Assembly: GCA_051942245.1 (NCBI GenBank)
Contig: JAVECL010000070.1
Location: 1 to 62,836, forward strand
Reading direction: 5' to 3'
Origin: Trypethelium eluteriae
Taxonomy: Eukaryota
DNA length: 62,836 nt
Of the stretch, positions 60,519-62,836 are shown in pieces. The position numbers and the translations under genes are program-made. Under the pieces are notes generated by a model. That model worked only from the letters and a program-made list of their open reading frames with translations, was not told where the DNA came from and ran no database searches. Every line of letters begins with the position of its first letter. Position 1 is the first letter of the stretch.

Positions 60519-60982
60519 AGGAGTGGGGATATTGCTGAAGATGTTTTCGGTGGCTAATGTCTGATGAACAATCTAAAATAATGTGTCTAAAATGCCCTTC
60601 AATGGATGTAAAATAGTTACAAGACTCTTTGCGTTCAGCAAATTGATAATTTTTCGGAATGAATCAGTTGCTCCATCTCGATCGCTTGAGATATGGGATG
60701 ATGATGCTTGCTTTTTTCCCACTTGAAGCTTCCGCGGCATTGTCGAATCATTGCTTATCATCTCGCATCACTGTCAGCGTTCACTTATCGATTGTGCACG
60801 TGATTGGGAGCTCACCCCGGCCCGCCTTTGAGCATGGGGCATGGGGCATGTGGCCGCATTTGCATCCAACATCTGGCTCTGCTGTCCAGAAGCACAAGAA
60901 TATCCTCCACCCTCAGCCATTTTTCTCTCCGAAGGTCCTTCAGAGACTCTCAACGGCTCTATTCTGAGCTTTTACCTCCATT

Positions 60983-62836
60983 ATGGCTCCCGCAATGGCA
61001 GACCCTCGCATGATGAGCATACACCCTCGAATACGATACAACACGATTGGTGGGGTGAATGGACCGTTGGTTATTCTCGAGAATGTATGCGACCCTCAGT
61101 CTATACAGTTGAGAGATCCAGTACTAATCTATTTTGCTATAGGTCAAATTCCCAAGATACAACGAAATCGTCTCACTCACGCTACCAGACGGCTCAGAAA
61201 GGGCAGGACAGGTGCTGGAGGCCAGAGGTTTGCACGTTCAGGACAAGCTTAGAGAAAATCAACACGCTGACAGAAATATACAGGAAGCCGAGCTGTCGTG
61301 CAGGTATACTATACAGCGGCATTTGAGCAAGTCATATTTGCTGATTTAGAAACAAGGTTTTCGAAGGGACATCCGGCATTGATGTGAAGAAGGTGGGAAT
61401 ATGTCTGGGGCTTTTGAAGAGGCAGTTGCTAAAGTCCAATAGACGAAAGTTGAATTTACGGGCCACAACCTAAAGCTTGGCGTCTCAGAAGACATGTTAG
61501 GACGTGTCTTTGATGGCTCAGGGCGTCCGATTGACAAAGGTCCGAAGGTGCTGGCTGAAGACTACCTTGATATCAACGGCAGTCCTATTAACCCTTATTC
61601 ACGAGTATGTTCTAAAAATTAAATCTTCATTGACCTTATCTAATCTCTGATCCAGGCATATCCCGAAGAAATGATCTCCACCGGTATCTCTGCCATAGAC
61701 ACCATGAACTCTGTTTCTCGAGGACAGAAGATTCCCATTTTCTCCGCGGCCGGTCTTCCGCATAATGAAATCGCTGCGCAGATATGTCGGCAGGCAGGTC
61801 TTGTAGCACAACCTACCAAGGACGTCCACGACGGTCACGAGGAGAACTTTTCGATCGTCTTCGGTGCCATGGGTGTCAACTTAGAAACGAGTCGATTCTT
61901 CACAAGAGATTTCGAAGAGAACGGAAGTATGGAACGTGTCACACTGTTCTTAAATCTGGCAAACGACCCAACGTAAGCGTCCTTCGGCGAGCTCTTCCAA
62001 CCCTTCACTTACGATTTTGAATAGCATCGAACGTATCATCACCCCTCGACTCGCCCTCACAACCGCTGAATACTATGCCTACCAGCTTGAGAAGCACGTT
62101 CTTGTCATTCTTACAGATTTATCATCATACTGCGATGCTCTCCGTGAAGTCTCAGCTGCCCGCGAAGAGGTGCCTGGTCGACGTGGTTACCCAGGTTATA
62201 TGTACACAGACTTGTCTACGATCTACGAACGCGCCGGACGTGTAGAGGGGCGAAATGGCTCCATCACTCAAATCCCCATCTTGACCATGCCTAACGACGG
62301 TAAATGTCACCCCTTCAAGCAACTGTCCCACGTCGTTCGTTGTCCACCATAAACTAACATATCGATAGATATCACTCACCCCATCCCCGATCTCACAGGC
62401 TACATCACCGAAGGCCAAATCTTCGTCGACCGCCAGCTCTACAACAAGGGCGTGTACCCTCCCATCAACGTGCTGCCTTCCCTCTCCCGACTCATGAAAT
62501 CCGCCATCGGCGAAGGCCACACACGCAAAGACCACGGCGACGTGTCGAACCAGCTGTACGCCAAATACGCCATCGGCCGAGACGCGGCCGCCATGAAAGC
62601 CGTCGTCGGCGAGGAGGCCCTCTCCTCCGAGGACAAGCTGTCGCTCGAGTTCCTCGAGAAGTTCGAGAAGACCTTCATCTCCCAGGGCGCCTACGAGAGC
62701 CGCTCCATCTTCGAGAGCCTGGATCAGGCCTGGAGCTTGCTGAGGATCTACCCGCGCGATCTGCTGAATCGTATTCCGAAGAAGGTCCTGGATGAGTTTT
62801 ATCAGAGGAAGGGTGGGAGGAGGCAGGGTGGTGGGA
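60983..62836 (+). CDS. VMA2: V-type ATPase subunit B (3' end lies just outside the window)
   Basis: [104 protein letters not shown]. Several short introns; no stop codon before the window end. Confidence 0.97.

Overview
Gene-dense, intron-containing DNA from a filamentous ascomycete (Pezizomycotina inferred from GT/GC-AG introns with CTRAC-type branch points and from gene content). About 20 protein-coding loci are supported. Conserved genes: RAD7 (partial), an Stc1-domain gene, cytochrome c, a C-factor-type SDR, an M20 beta-ureidopropionase-like amidohydrolase, RPS10, SDE2, a Ser/Thr-rich probable GPI protein, a histidine phosphatase, a bifunctional PFK-2/FBPase-2, the HECT ligase TOM1, an S10 carboxypeptidase and VMA2 (partial). 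There is also an intronless protein with three tandem Zn(II)2Cys6 clusters, plus two orphan ORFs. Between TOM1 and the carboxypeptidase (about 41.7-57.2 kb) lies a compact secondary-metabolite cluster: MFS transporter, UDP-glycosyltransferase, FSH1/LovG-type serine hydrolase, highly reducing PKS (KS-AT-DH-cMT-ER-KR-ACP) and an AhpD/CMD-like gene. It probably encoded a glycosylated reduced polyketide. The cluster appears to be decaying: the PKS has a +1 frameshift and an in-frame TGA, the MFS has an internal deletion, and the three accessory enzymes look intact. No rRNA, tRNA, CRISPR array or transposon was recognised. All calls come from reading the sequence by eye; no database searches were run.
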